Assembly: GCA_004356615.1 (NCBI GenBank)
Contig: SMWT01000159.1
Span: 1 to 42,625, forward strand
Length of the DNA stretch: 42,625 nt
Direction of reading: 5' to 3'
DNA from: Deltaproteobacteria bacterium
GTDB lineage: Bacteria; Bdellovibrionota; Bacteriovoracia; Bacteriovoracales; Bacteriovoracaceae
The notes under the pieces were generated by a model that saw only the letters and a program-made list of their open reading frames with translations, ran no database searches and was not told the origin of the DNA. The translations under genes and the position numbers were made by a program. The stretch's first letter is position 1. The number at the start of each line of letters is the position of its first letter. This document shows, piece by piece, positions 1 to 8,513 of this stretch.

Positions 1-1
1 A

Positions 2-205
2 ATTTTAGAAGAGGAAGATCATCTAAAGGCGATAGAGATTAAATCTTCCAAGATTATTGGAAAAAAAGATCTTCGTAATTTAAAAGATTTTATAAAGGGT
101 CATAAAAATCCGGTAAAAGGATATCTATTTTATCTAGGTGGCGAGTATCAGGAAATTGATTCCATTAAGTGCTTGCCTATCGCATCTATTTTTAGAGGTA
201 TTTAG
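2..205 (+). CDS. AAA+ ATPase, DUF4143-type C-terminal fragment (5' end lies outside the window)
   Basis: The frame is open from the window edge to TAG at 203-205. It translates ILEEEDHLKAIEIKSSKIIGKKDLRNLKDFIKGHKNPVKGYLFYLGGEYQEIDSIKCLPIASIFRGI. The IE(I/V)KSS...L..L..F...LP pattern is recalled from DUF4143 C-termini. No search was run. Confidence 0.5.
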   Translation: MLEEEDHLKAIEIKSSKIIGKKDLRNLKDFIKGHKNPVKGYLFYLGGEYQEIDSIKCLPIASIFRGI

Positions 206-504
206 GCCACTTCCTCGACTGAAAGCACCGTTTTTAGTCCGAAAGGTTTTAAGAACTTATCGAGGGTTTCTCTCTTTGGTTTTCGCACGCCCTTTAGGAA
301 TTTATCAATGGATTGTTTTCGCTCTCCTACGAGGTTGGCAAAGTCTGTGGTTCCAATTGATTTTATGGTGAAAATAAGGGTCTCCTCTATTGTCATGGGG
401 TCTTCATCTGGAAAATTCATTTGTAATAAGAAAAATCCCCTGGCAAACTCGGGATCTCTCATATTCCTGCTTAAATCTTCATCAAAGTTACTAGTTCGAA
501 ACAT
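202..504 (-). CDS. HTH antitoxin, HigA-like 'addiction module antidote protein'
   Basis: 100-aa ORF overlapping the upstream toxin ORF by 14 nt. The C-terminal HTH-like segment is TDFANLVGERKQSIDKFLKGVRKPKRETLDKFLKPFGLK. The toxin-first order is typical of HigBA modules. Confidence 0.7.
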   Translation of the reverse strand: MFRTSNFDEDLSRNMRDPEFARGFFLLQMNFPDEDPMTIEETLIFTIKSIGTTDFANLVGERKQSIDKFLKGVRKPKRETLDKFLKPFGLKTVLSVEEVA

Positions 505-823
505 AATTCCTCCAATATTTTTTTGCTAAAGAGATATCTCTTTTTTGACTCCCTTTGTCGCCTCCCAAGAGAAGTAGTATTATATTTCTTCCTTGATTAC
601 CGAAATAGATTCTAAAACCTGGGCCATATTGTATTTTTATTTCAAATATCCCATCACCAAGATTTTTTATATTTCTTTTGGCCCCACCAGATCTGACCCG
701 GACAACATAGGTCATTATTATGTCCTGTTCTCTAATATTTAGTTTCTTGACCCATTCCCTAAATGGTTCCTTCCCATTTTCTAGAGCGTAATAAATAACT
801 CTTCTTGCTTTATCGTAACACAT
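491..823 (-). CDS. RelE/ParE-superfamily toxin, HigB-like 'addiction module killer protein' (Gp49/DUF891-like)
   Basis: Contains ...YYALENGKEPFREWVKKL...GDGIFEIKIQYGPGFRIYF...ILLLLGGDKGSQKRDI. The GxG(I/L)xExR..xGPGYR(I/V)YF and LLxGGdKxsQ patterns are characteristic of the family. I start it at ATG 823, which has AAGG 7 nt upstream; the ORF track extends to 868. Confidence 0.75.
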   Translation of the reverse strand: MCYDKARRVIYYALENGKEPFREWVKKLNIREQDIIMTYVVRVRSGGAKRNIKNLGDGIFEIKIQYGPGFRIYFGNQGRNIILLLLGGDKGSQKRDISLAKKYWRNYVSN

Positions 824-943
824 AAATATTACCTTGTAAAGTGTTAGTAGTTGGGGATAGATCTGCAAAAAAGAGGTTGAGAATAAATATTTAAGTTAAT
901 GAAATTATTAAATGAATTTAAGGGGTGGTGAAAAAATTGATTT

Positions 944-1408
944 CTAGCTTGAAAAATTTAACTGTCTTAGCGCCTCGTAGGCCACGGCGGTGGCGGCGTT
1001 GGAGAGATTTAGCGATCTTATATGCTCACTGTACATGGGGAGCGAGTAGGTTTGGGATTGGTATTTTTCCATGATGGGTTTGGGGAGACCCTTTGTTTCT
1101 GAGCCGAAGATGAGGTGGCAGCCCTTTGTGTAGTTTGCCTGGAAGTAGTTTTGGTCTACCGTTTTGGAGAAGAAGAAGAGGTCTTGGGGGTTTTCTTCTT
1201 GGATATATTGGTCGAAGTTCTCAAAGACTTTAAGGTTTACATATTTCCAGTAATCAAGTCCGGCGCGTCTTAGGGATTTTTCATCGAGGGAGAAGCCGAG
1301 GGGTTTTATGAGGATCAGTCTTATGTTGAGGGCGACACAGGTTCGCCCGATACTCCCCGTGTTGCCGGGAATATCAGGATGTACGAGAACTATACTAAAT
1401 TTTGCCAT
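944..1408 (-). CDS. trmL: tRNA (cytidine/uridine-2'-O-)-methyltransferase TrmL (SpoU/TrmH family)
   Basis: N-terminus MAKFSIVLVHPDIPGNTGSIGRTC, plus LIFGSETKGLP and SLNLSNAATAVAYEAL motifs. ATG at 1408 is preferred over the TTG at 1423. Confidence 0.85.
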   Translation of the reverse strand: MAKFSIVLVHPDIPGNTGSIGRTCVALNIRLILIKPLGFSLDEKSLRRAGLDYWKYVNLKVFENFDQYIQEENPQDLFFFSKTVDQNYFQANYTKGCHLIFGSETKGLPKPIMEKYQSQTYSLPMYSEHIRSLNLSNAATAVAYEALRQLNFSS

Positions 1409-2897
1409 TAGCGATGAAATCAACCAGCGATCTAATCATACAACCCGATGGCCCTTTGGGGGGACAGTAGGCGAGATGACTTTGGGAATCTCCACAACCT
1501 GCAATATCAAGATGGGCCCAAGGGATTTTGGGATCCACAAAGTTTTCCAGGAACGCGGCAGCTTTAGCGGAACCACCAAAGCGCGAACCACCAATGTTTT
1601 TAAGATCGGCAATTTTAGATTTCATATCCTCTCTAAAGGGAGCGATTATGGGCAGTTGCCAGGCGTGCTCATCAGCGTTTTTAGTGGACTTTAAGATGTT
1701 ATCAATTAGTTTTTGATTGTTACCCATCACGCCGCAGATTTCATGTCCAAGCGCCACGAGGACGGCACCGGTAAGCGTGGCAGCGTCGATAATGCAATCT
1801 GGTTTAAGATCGGAGGCAAAAGAGAGTACATCTCCCAGTACCAGTCTTCCCTCAGCATCGGTATTTAAAATCTCTACCGTTTTACCATTACGTGCGGTGA
1901 CGATTGAATCTGGCACGGTAGCGAATTCGTTGATAGCATTATCAGTCATACCTAATAGGCAGGTTATTTTGGCGTTTACTCCAAGGAGTGCCGCTGCTCT
2001 GAAGGCGCCATAGACAGTGGCCGATCCGGCCATATCGTATTTCATATTCATCATGGACCCGCCAGGCTTAAGCGAGTATCCACCAGTATCAAAAGTTAAA
2101 CCTTTTCCCACAAAACAGATGTGCTTTGGTTTCTTGGTAGCTTTTGGAGGCGTATAGGTCAGTTGCACCATGCGAGGTTGGTGCGCGGAGCCGGCGTTGA
2201 CGGATAAAAACATGCCCATCTTTTCTTTTTTAAGCTCAGGTTTGCCAAAAATTTTAACTTTAACACCTTTAATTTTCTTGGCGTCTTTTTCAATCAACTT
2301 GGCATAAGATTCTGAGTGCAGCACATTGGGTGGCTCATTTACATAATCACGAGCGATATTTACGGACTCAATAACATTGGTGGAATCTTGAAGTGCTTTA
2401 GCAGCTTTTCTATCTTTAGATTTTGGCAGTTTAGAGTCGAGAGTTATCGTCTTTAGTATCGATTCATCTTTTTTAGAAAGATATTTATCAAAGGTGTAGG
2501 CAGTTAGCAGTAACGCCTCGTTAATAGTGTAGACCGTCTTTTCCAGATTTGACTTGAGCATGAAGCTATCAAGGTTGATGGACATATCTGTGTAGCTGTT
2601 TTTAGAAGCTTTATAGATGTTGGCCATGGCGGTTCTAAGGTTCTCCCATGTGGCCTTGGATTTCTCTCCCATGCCAAGAGCGGCCACGGTAGTTCCATCA
2701 GCAAGTGAAAAATAAAAGATTTGGCCCATTTTGGCCTTGAAATTCTTTGAATTTTTAAGCAAAGTAAAGGCCGCTTGGAAATCAGCAGGCCAACCAGTAA
2801 GAGAGGCCTCATCTTTGTCCTTTATTTTGAAGGCGGAAATTAACACTAATTGAGAACTAGAGTAACTCTTAGCGTTGAATTTAAGCTGAACTTTCAT
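1395..2897 (-). CDS. pepA: Leucyl aminopeptidase PepA (M17 family)
   Basis: 500 aa with VGKGLTFDTGGYSLKP, NTDAEGRLVLGD and AATLTGA motifs. AAGGAG lies 7 nt upstream of the ATG. It is divergent from lptF, as in E. coli. Confidence 0.95.
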   Translation of the reverse strand: MKVQLKFNAKSYSSSQLVLISAFKIKDKDEASLTGWPADFQAAFTLLKNSKNFKAKMGQIFYFSLADGTTVAALGMGEKSKATWENLRTAMANIYKASKNSYTDMSINLDSFMLKSNLEKTVYTINEALLLTAYTFDKYLSKKDESILKTITLDSKLPKSKDRKAAKALQDSTNVIESVNIARDYVNEPPNVLHSESYAKLIEKDAKKIKGVKVKIFGKPELKKEKMGMFLSVNAGSAHQPRMVQLTYTPPKATKKPKHICFVGKGLTFDTGGYSLKPGGSMMNMKYDMAGSATVYGAFRAAALLGVNAKITCLLGMTDNAINEFATVPDSIVTARNGKTVEILNTDAEGRLVLGDVLSFASDLKPDCIIDAATLTGAVLVALGHEICGVMGNNQKLIDNILKSTKNADEHAWQLPIIAPFREDMKSKIADLKNIGGSRFGGSAKAAAFLENFVDPKIPWAHLDIAGCGDSQSHLAYCPPKGPSGCMIRSLVDFIANGKI

Positions 2898-2945
2898 ATA
2901 GGGGCTCCTTATAATAGATTATTTTGAGAGGTAGTATCATAGAAT

Positions 2946-4091
2946 ATGTTTAAAATATACCAAAGATATCTGGCAGCAACATTCATCCCGCCCTTCGTAA
3001 TGGCGAGTGCTTTCTTTGTCTTCTTTTTGATGACCTTCCAATTCTTTAGATTTACCCCCTATATTGTGGCCAAAGGAGTTGACTGGAATTCCCTGCTGCA
3101 TTTACTCGCCTACATGGGACTGATGTTTCTACCCTTTGCCATGCCGCTTGCAGTACTTTTGGCCACCATCTATACCTTAAATAAATTAAGTGAGGATTCA
3201 GAAATTGTGGCCATGCGGGCATTTGGCGCCTCAAAAGAAAGGCTCTTCATGCCCTTTCTAGTACTAGGGCTACTGATCGCGGGAACTTTATTTAGCTTAA
3301 ACCGCCAAGTGATTCCTTTTGCTAAAAGAGAAGTGCGAAACTCTTTAATTAAATTTGCCTCCAGTGCCATGCTCAATAGAATTAGGCCGGCAGAGTTCTT
3401 TGCCGATATTCCAGGCCTTACCATCTATGCCAGCTCTGTTTCAGAAGATGGGCGTGATATGAGTAATCTCTTTTTATTTATGAAAGATAAAAAGACGGGA
3501 GAAGAAAAAATCATTTTTTCCAAAGGTGGCGCGCTAGTTGGCGGAAAAAATAATATTGCAGATCTTAAAATTGAGCTTACCAAAGGCTCTATTGTAAGAC
3601 TGGGTGAAAAAACTGGGGATCTTGAAAAGATCAGCTTTGATAAATACACTTTTCCCGCCTTTAAAAAGGTTCCTGGTTTTGGCAGTTATAATAAGGCCTC
3701 GGTAAAATCCAATAAGGATCTAAGAAAAGAGATTAAAAGGACTGAGGTTATTTATAAAGAGAGGCTTAAAACCGGAAAAGATATTGAGGGCAAGAGAAAA
3801 GATTATCACGTGAACCTTTTAGAGTACTGGTCGAGATTTAATACTCCCTTGGTGATCCTTGGATGCATTTTTCTTGGTTTTGGTGTGGGCATTAAAAATG
3901 GTAGGGGAAAGGATAAAAACTCGGCCCTTTTAGCGATGATGGTTTTGATTCCCTACTATGCATTATTTTTTTGGGGTATCTCTTTGGCCAAAAATGGCCC
4001 TTTATGGCCAAGTGTTGCGGTGTTTGTTCCCACCCTCTTTTTCTTTGTGGCGGGTTACTGGTTTTATCGCCGCATGGACTGGGTTAATTAG
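2946..4091 (+). CDS. lptF: LptF/LptG-family LPS export permease (YjgP/YjgQ)
   Basis: 381 aa beginning MFKIYQRYL...F. It has three N-terminal transmembrane (TM) helices, a large periplasmic insert and C-terminal TM helices. It is divergent from pepA. Confidence 0.8.
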   Translation: MFKIYQRYLAATFIPPFVMASAFFVFFLMTFQFFRFTPYIVAKGVDWNSLLHLLAYMGLMFLPFAMPLAVLLATIYTLNKLSEDSEIVAMRAFGASKERLFMPFLVLGLLIAGTLFSLNRQVIPFAKREVRNSLIKFASSAMLNRIRPAEFFADIPGLTIYASSVSEDGRDMSNLFLFMKDKKTGEEKIIFSKGGALVGGKNNIADLKIELTKGSIVRLGEKTGDLEKISFDKYTFPAFKKVPGFGSYNKASVKSNKDLRKEIKRTEVIYKERLKTGKDIEGKRKDYHVNLLEYWSRFNTPLVILGCIFLGFGVGIKNGRGKDKNSALLAMMVLIPYYALFFWGISLAKNGPLWPSVAVFVPTLFFFVAGYWFYRRMDWVN

Positions 4092-5064
4092 CGCTTAAGA
4101 ATTCTTCACTGGTGATAACTGAGCCGTCATCTTTAAAAACAAAAAGTGGTAGATGGTAATTGCCTTTTTCCTCTTGAGGAAAGACCAGAGATTTAACCCC
4201 GGTTCTAGAATCTATGCTGAGGGGACGGTTGTTTAAAAACATCTCAGTGGACTTAACATTGCCCAGAAAAATTCTAACTGCCTTACCTCTGATTAAAATT
4301 GAGCGGCCTTTTTTAAGCACAAACTTTCTAATGGGACCATCACCTGCTTTATAGGTGAGCCAGGTGTCGCCGTAGACCGCATTAACAAAAACGTTTTGAT
4401 TACCTGCCTTGACCGAGTTTTGATACTTGATGGGCAGATAGTTATCGATGGTCTCTTGGGCGCCATCTTTTCTATAGGAATAGAGCGTTTTGGTAATTGT
4501 ATAGAAGGTCAGTTTTTCTTCTACTTCAGTCTTTGGTTCTGCTACTACTTGTGGTGGCGGTTCTGGTTCAGGCCCCGGCGTGGCGACGATCTCTTTGGGG
4601 GGAGCGATCTCCTGAGCATCTGCTTGCAGCGGGGTTTCTGCCGTCACTTCCTGGGGAGTGATGGATTTTAACTCGGTAAGTTTATCTTGGGTTTTGTTGT
4701 AAAAAAAGAAAATGGCCCAGACGGAGATGGCCAGGACTAGGGTTCCACTGATGGCGATTTTGGTGATGGATCCGGATTTAACTTGTTCCCCTACCGGGAA
4801 GTATTTTAAGTTCTCTTTGGTGGGAGAATTATAGGTTGCTTCCAGGAGCTCTAAAAGTATCTCTTGGTCAACGCCTAAAATCTTGGCGTAGGATTTTAGA
4901 TAACCTATGATATAGGGTTTGCTGGGTAAAAGATCAAAGCGGTCTTGTTCCAGGTTTGCCAGTTGAGTGGTGGATATTTTTGTTTTATGAGAGACCGTCT
5001 GTAAAGATATTTTTTTAGCGGTTCTACTCTTTTTTAAATATGTACCAACAGTTGTTTCACTCAT
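4084..5064 (-). CDS. rodZ: RodZ-like cytoskeleton protein (N-terminal HTH, TM segment, P/E-rich linker, DUF4115-like C-terminus)
   Basis: Starts GTYLKKSRTAKKISLQTVSHKTKISTTQLANLEQDRFDLLPSKPYIIGYLKSYAKILGVD. A single TM segment and a PEPEPPPQ linker follow. It lies downstream of a PilW-like TPR gene, as in many proteobacteria. Confidence 0.8.
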   Translation of the reverse strand: MSETTVGTYLKKSRTAKKISLQTVSHKTKISTTQLANLEQDRFDLLPSKPYIIGYLKSYAKILGVDQEILLELLEATYNSPTKENLKYFPVGEQVKSGSITKIAISGTLVLAISVWAIFFFYNKTQDKLTELKSITPQEVTAETPLQADAQEIAPPKEIVATPGPEPEPPPQVVAEPKTEVEEKLTFYTITKTLYSYRKDGAQETIDNYLPIKYQNSVKAGNQNVFVNAVYGDTWLTYKAGDGPIRKFVLKKGRSILIRGKAVRIFLGNVKSTEMFLNNRPLSIDSRTGVKSLVFPQEEKGNYHLPLFVFKDDGSVITSEEFLSAN

Positions 5065-5066
5065 AA

Positions 5067-5927
5067 TTAAAATTTTGAGGCCTTATAGGCCTTTTCAAAT
5101 TCACTTTCTCTTTCTAGCTCCCTTAAGAGTTTTTTCTGGGAGGGAAGAAGATTGGCCCAACTCTTTTTATCGGGACGGGATTTATGGGCGATTTCCAGCA
5201 TCCGGTCCCCGGCAAGTTTGGAGTAAGGAGAGGTATAAAACTTAATCTTTAACTGTTCAAGGGTATCGTTGGCCTTTTCGTATTCTTCCAGCTCAATTAA
5301 GGTGAGCGCTTTTAGGTAATGGGACTGGGGAATATTATAACAAGTGCCCTTAAGGGCATCTTCAAAATGCTTCAACGCCTTTTCAAAATTTTTACTGTTT
5401 TTTTCCAACTGGCCTAAGAGAATATGCCCGGGGCAGTAATCATTTTTTATCTTGACGGCCTGTAGCAGGTGCTTATGGGCCGCTCCGCGATCTTTAAATT
5501 TAAGCTTAAGTAGCGCTAGGTTATAGTGAATACGGTATTGGTGCTTGTAGATAAGGTTGCGTAAGATACCGAGATACACCTTCTCCGCTTGTTTGAACTT
5601 TTTTAGATGATAATAAAGGGAGGCAAGATTATTGCGCGCATCAGAATTCTTGGGATCGATATCAATTGCCTGCTGTAAATGATGCTCCGCTTGAGCGTAT
5701 TGCTTTTTAAAATAATAGGTCATTCCCAGGTTATTGTTGATCTTAGAATCACCCGGTTTGAGATCGTTTGCCTGTAAGAGATTATCCAGGGCCAGGGTAT
5801 ATTCCTTATCCAGCAGTTTTGAGGTTCCATGGGAATAATAAAGCTCTGCTTTTTTTTCTCTGGTTGTGAGCCCATTGCTGCCACAGGACAGAAGGAAAAC
5901 TAAAAATAGTAAGGTAAATGATTTCAC
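5067..5927 (-). CDS. TPR-repeat lipoprotein, PilW/PilF-like
   Basis: The GTG start at 5927 has GAGGAGGAG 4 nt upstream. It gives the signal peptide (M)KSFTLLFLVFLLSCGS with lipobox LLSC. Multiple TPR-like repeats follow (A..yy..g.y..A...l..Al..dP). The ORF track extends to 5951. Confidence 0.7.
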   Translation of the reverse strand: MKSFTLLFLVFLLSCGSNGLTTREKKAELYYSHGTSKLLDKEYTLALDNLLQANDLKPGDSKINNNLGMTYYFKKQYAQAEHHLQQAIDIDPKNSDARNNLASLYYHLKKFKQAEKVYLGILRNLIYKHQYRIHYNLALLKLKFKDRGAAHKHLLQAVKIKNDYCPGHILLGQLEKNSKNFEKALKHFEDALKGTCYNIPQSHYLKALTLIELEEYEKANDTLEQLKIKFYTSPYSKLAGDRMLEIAHKSRPDKKSWANLLPSQKKLLRELERESEFEKAYKASKF

Positions 5928-6020
5928 GATTCTCCTCCTCAATATGACCATAATTGTATAGGTTGGGTGGGCAAAAAGCTACCAGTGAATGAAAACCCGT
6001 ATGGGATTATTATATAAGCT

Positions 6021-7745
6021 ATGACCAATATTTTAAATAAATTTCCCTTCCTACTTGAGCTGTTTTTCAATGGGACGTTTATTTTATTTTACTCGCTAAA
6101 TATGGCCAACAATATACCCGTCAGTTGGGATATGGATATGGTCCATATTGTCCTGGATGTAGGTACCTGGCTGATACCCATCGTTATCTTTATTTGTCTG
6201 ATCTTTAATTACCTGCAATCAGAAAAGTTTGAAGTATTTTTTAGAAAGCACATTATCTCACTAGTAGTCTTTGTTCCCCTGGTAATTACCTGGGGAGATC
6301 AGGAATTTGCCTTTTGGCTCTCCTGTGTTCACTTACTGGCCAGTATTCTGTCCTTGTATGACGAAGATGCTAAGGAAAGCTCTGATAAGAAGTTTCGCAA
6401 TACCCTGTTAAAATTATTTGCGCTTAGACCGGCCCAATTGGTGTTTCTATCCTTTTCCGGGGTTATTCTAATTGGCACCTTTTTACTGGCGCTACCTTTG
6501 GCAAGTACAGGCCCTAAGGCCTTAAGCTTTATCGACGCCTTATTTACCGCCACCTCCGCAACTTGTGTAACCGGTTTATCAACTATCTCTACTGCTAGTG
6601 ACCTCAGTTGGTTTGGGCAGGGAGTGGTACTAATTTTGATTCAAATCGGTGGCCTCTCCATTATGACCCTGTATTCTTCCATGGCGATTCTGCTTGGTAA
6701 GGCCATGGGGATGAAAGAGAGAGTGGTGATGCAAGATCTTTTAGATGTGGCCTCGCTTGATGAGCTCTTTTTAATGATTGTTAACATCATAAAGTATACT
6801 TTTTTCATCGAGCTATGGGGCGCTATTATTTTAACCTTTGCCTTTAGCTACGAAGGCTTTGAATTTGGTGAGTCCCTCTATTATGGCCTTTTCCATTCTA
6901 TTAGTGCCTTTTGTAATGCTGGGTTTTCACTCTTTGACACCAGTCTTGAATCTTTTGCCACGAGCCCTCTGATCACTGGAACCATTTGTGTCTTGATTAC
7001 TCTTGGGGGTGTGGGCTTTATTGTACTGCGGGAGTGCAGAGACGCTATTATAAATAAAAGAGCTCTGGTCAGACTTACCCTGCATACTAAAATAGTTTTA
7101 CTCACTACTTTGTTTTTAACCGTAGGTGGCGCCCTTTTTATCTTCTTTGGGGAATTTGTTAATGGACTTGAGGCCTACACCTTATGGGAAAAGATTCAGG
7201 TCTCTATTTTTCAAAGTATAACCCTTCGAACAGCCGGGTTTAATACCATCCCCATGACCAATCTCCATGGTTACACTTTATATGGCATGACGCTTTTTAT
7301 GTTTATCGGGGGCTCTCCCGGTTCAACCGCCGGTGGGGTGAAGACCACAACGCTAAGTATACTGGTCCAGTCAATCATTACCACGCTGAAAGGAAAGCAA
7401 CGAGTCACGATCTTTGATCGAAATATTCCAGGCCCTATGGTTGTGCGAGCTACTGCTCTTACCTTTATCTATATTTTGACCATTTCCTTTTTTATCTTGG
7501 TCCTGATGAAGCTAGAGCCCAAACAGACCTTTTTACCACTGTTTTTTGAAGCGGTTTCTGCTGGTGCCACAGTAGGCCTTACCCTGGGAGTTACCCCTTC
7601 ACTTTCCGTCTTAGGAAAGATATTTATCTCCCTGCTAATGTTGATAGGAAGAATTGGGCCTTTGACATTAGTATTGGCCGTTGGTGGAAGAATAAAAGAG
7701 GAAGGAAAATTCGACTACCCAGATGGTCGGGTTTTACTTGGATAG
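6021..7745 (+). CDS. TrkH/KtrB-family K+ transporter membrane subunit with about 130-aa N-terminal membrane extension
   Basis: 574-aa polytopic protein. It contains repeated selectivity-filter-like segments (TATCVTGLS, FCNAGFS, RTAGFNT, GSPGSTAGGVKT). A TrkA/KtrA gene follows it. Confidence 0.9.
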   Translation: MTNILNKFPFLLELFFNGTFILFYSLNMANNIPVSWDMDMVHIVLDVGTWLIPIVIFICLIFNYLQSEKFEVFFRKHIISLVVFVPLVITWGDQEFAFWLSCVHLLASILSLYDEDAKESSDKKFRNTLLKLFALRPAQLVFLSFSGVILIGTFLLALPLASTGPKALSFIDALFTATSATCVTGLSTISTASDLSWFGQGVVLILIQIGGLSIMTLYSSMAILLGKAMGMKERVVMQDLLDVASLDELFLMIVNIIKYTFFIELWGAIILTFAFSYEGFEFGESLYYGLFHSISAFCNAGFSLFDTSLESFATSPLITGTICVLITLGGVGFIVLRECRDAIINKRALVRLTLHTKIVLLTTLFLTVGGALFIFFGEFVNGLEAYTLWEKIQVSIFQSITLRTAGFNTIPMTNLHGYTLYGMTLFMFIGGSPGSTAGGVKTTTLSILVQSIITTLKGKQRVTIFDRNIPGPMVVRATALTFIYILTISFFILVLMKLEPKQTFLPLFFEAVSAGATVGLTLGVTPSLSVLGKIFISLLMLIGRIGPLTLVLAVGGRIKEEGKFDYPDGRVLLG

Positions 7746-7817
7746 GAGAAAACGGCCCCCATGTATCCTTTAATCCACTTTGATATAATATGTCCTATTG
7801 AGAGGAGAGCGTAAGTT

Positions 7818-8513
7818 ATGATTGTAGCAGTCATAGGTCTTGGTACATTTGGTGCAAAAACAGCTATCGCCCTTTATAGCAAAGGCGCAGAGGTTGTGGC
7901 CATTGATAAAAATGATGCTTTGGTGGACAACCTAAAAGATAGGGTTACCCACGCTGTCGCTCTAGATGTTACCAACGAGAGATCTCTTAGATCGGTTAAT
8001 ATATCTGATGTTGATGTGGCGGTTGTGGCCATTGGAGATAACATCGCAAACTCCATTATGGCAGTTGCTATGCTGAGAAAGATGGGGGTAGGCCGGGTTA
8101 TCGCCCGTGCCACCAGTACCGTTCATGAACATGTTTTAGAGGAAATAGGTGCTTCGGAGATTATTCGCGTGGAAGAGGAGATGGGAGAGATCGTCGCCTC
8201 TAATATTGTCGCTCCCCACGTACTTGAAAGATACGACTTTGCCGCCGGTTATTCCGTTATGGAAGTTAAGCTAGGTAGAAAATTTGCTGGCAAGACGCTG
8301 GTGGAGTCTAAAATCCGTCAAAATTATTCACTTAATATCGTCGCTCTACAAAAGAAAATTCCCTATATTACCGAAGATGGTAAAGCGGCCTTCAAATTTG
8401 AAATCAACGATTGCCCTATGCCAATGGATATAATCGAAGAAGATGATGTTGTGGTGGTCGTTGGCAGTGAGAAGAACTTTAACCGCCTGTTTAGTGATTT
8501 GGGAGAGCTATAG
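7818..8513 (+). CDS. TrkA/KtrA-family K+ uptake regulatory subunit (RCK: TrkA-N plus TrkA-C)
   Basis: Starts MIVAVIGLGTFGAKTA, a GxGxxG Rossmann motif. The C-terminal TrkA-C-like segment includes DDVVVVVGSEKNFNRL. Confidence 0.9.
   Translation: MIVAVIGLGTFGAKTAIALYSKGAEVVAIDKNDALVDNLKDRVTHAVALDVTNERSLRSVNISDVDVAVVAIGDNIANSIMAVAMLRKMGVGRVIARATSTVHEHVLEEIGASEIIRVEEEMGEIVASNIVAPHVLERYDFAAGYSVMEVKLGRKFAGKTLVESKIRQNYSLNIVALQKKIPYITEDGKAAFKFEINDCPMPMDIIEEDDVVVVVGSEKNFNRLFSDLGEL

Noticed and set aside
138-529. Plus-strand ORFs 138-371 and 308-529 overlapping the HigA-like antitoxin
   Set aside because: These are shadow frames of the antitoxin and toxin genes. The real plus-strand coding signal ends at the TAG at 203-205.
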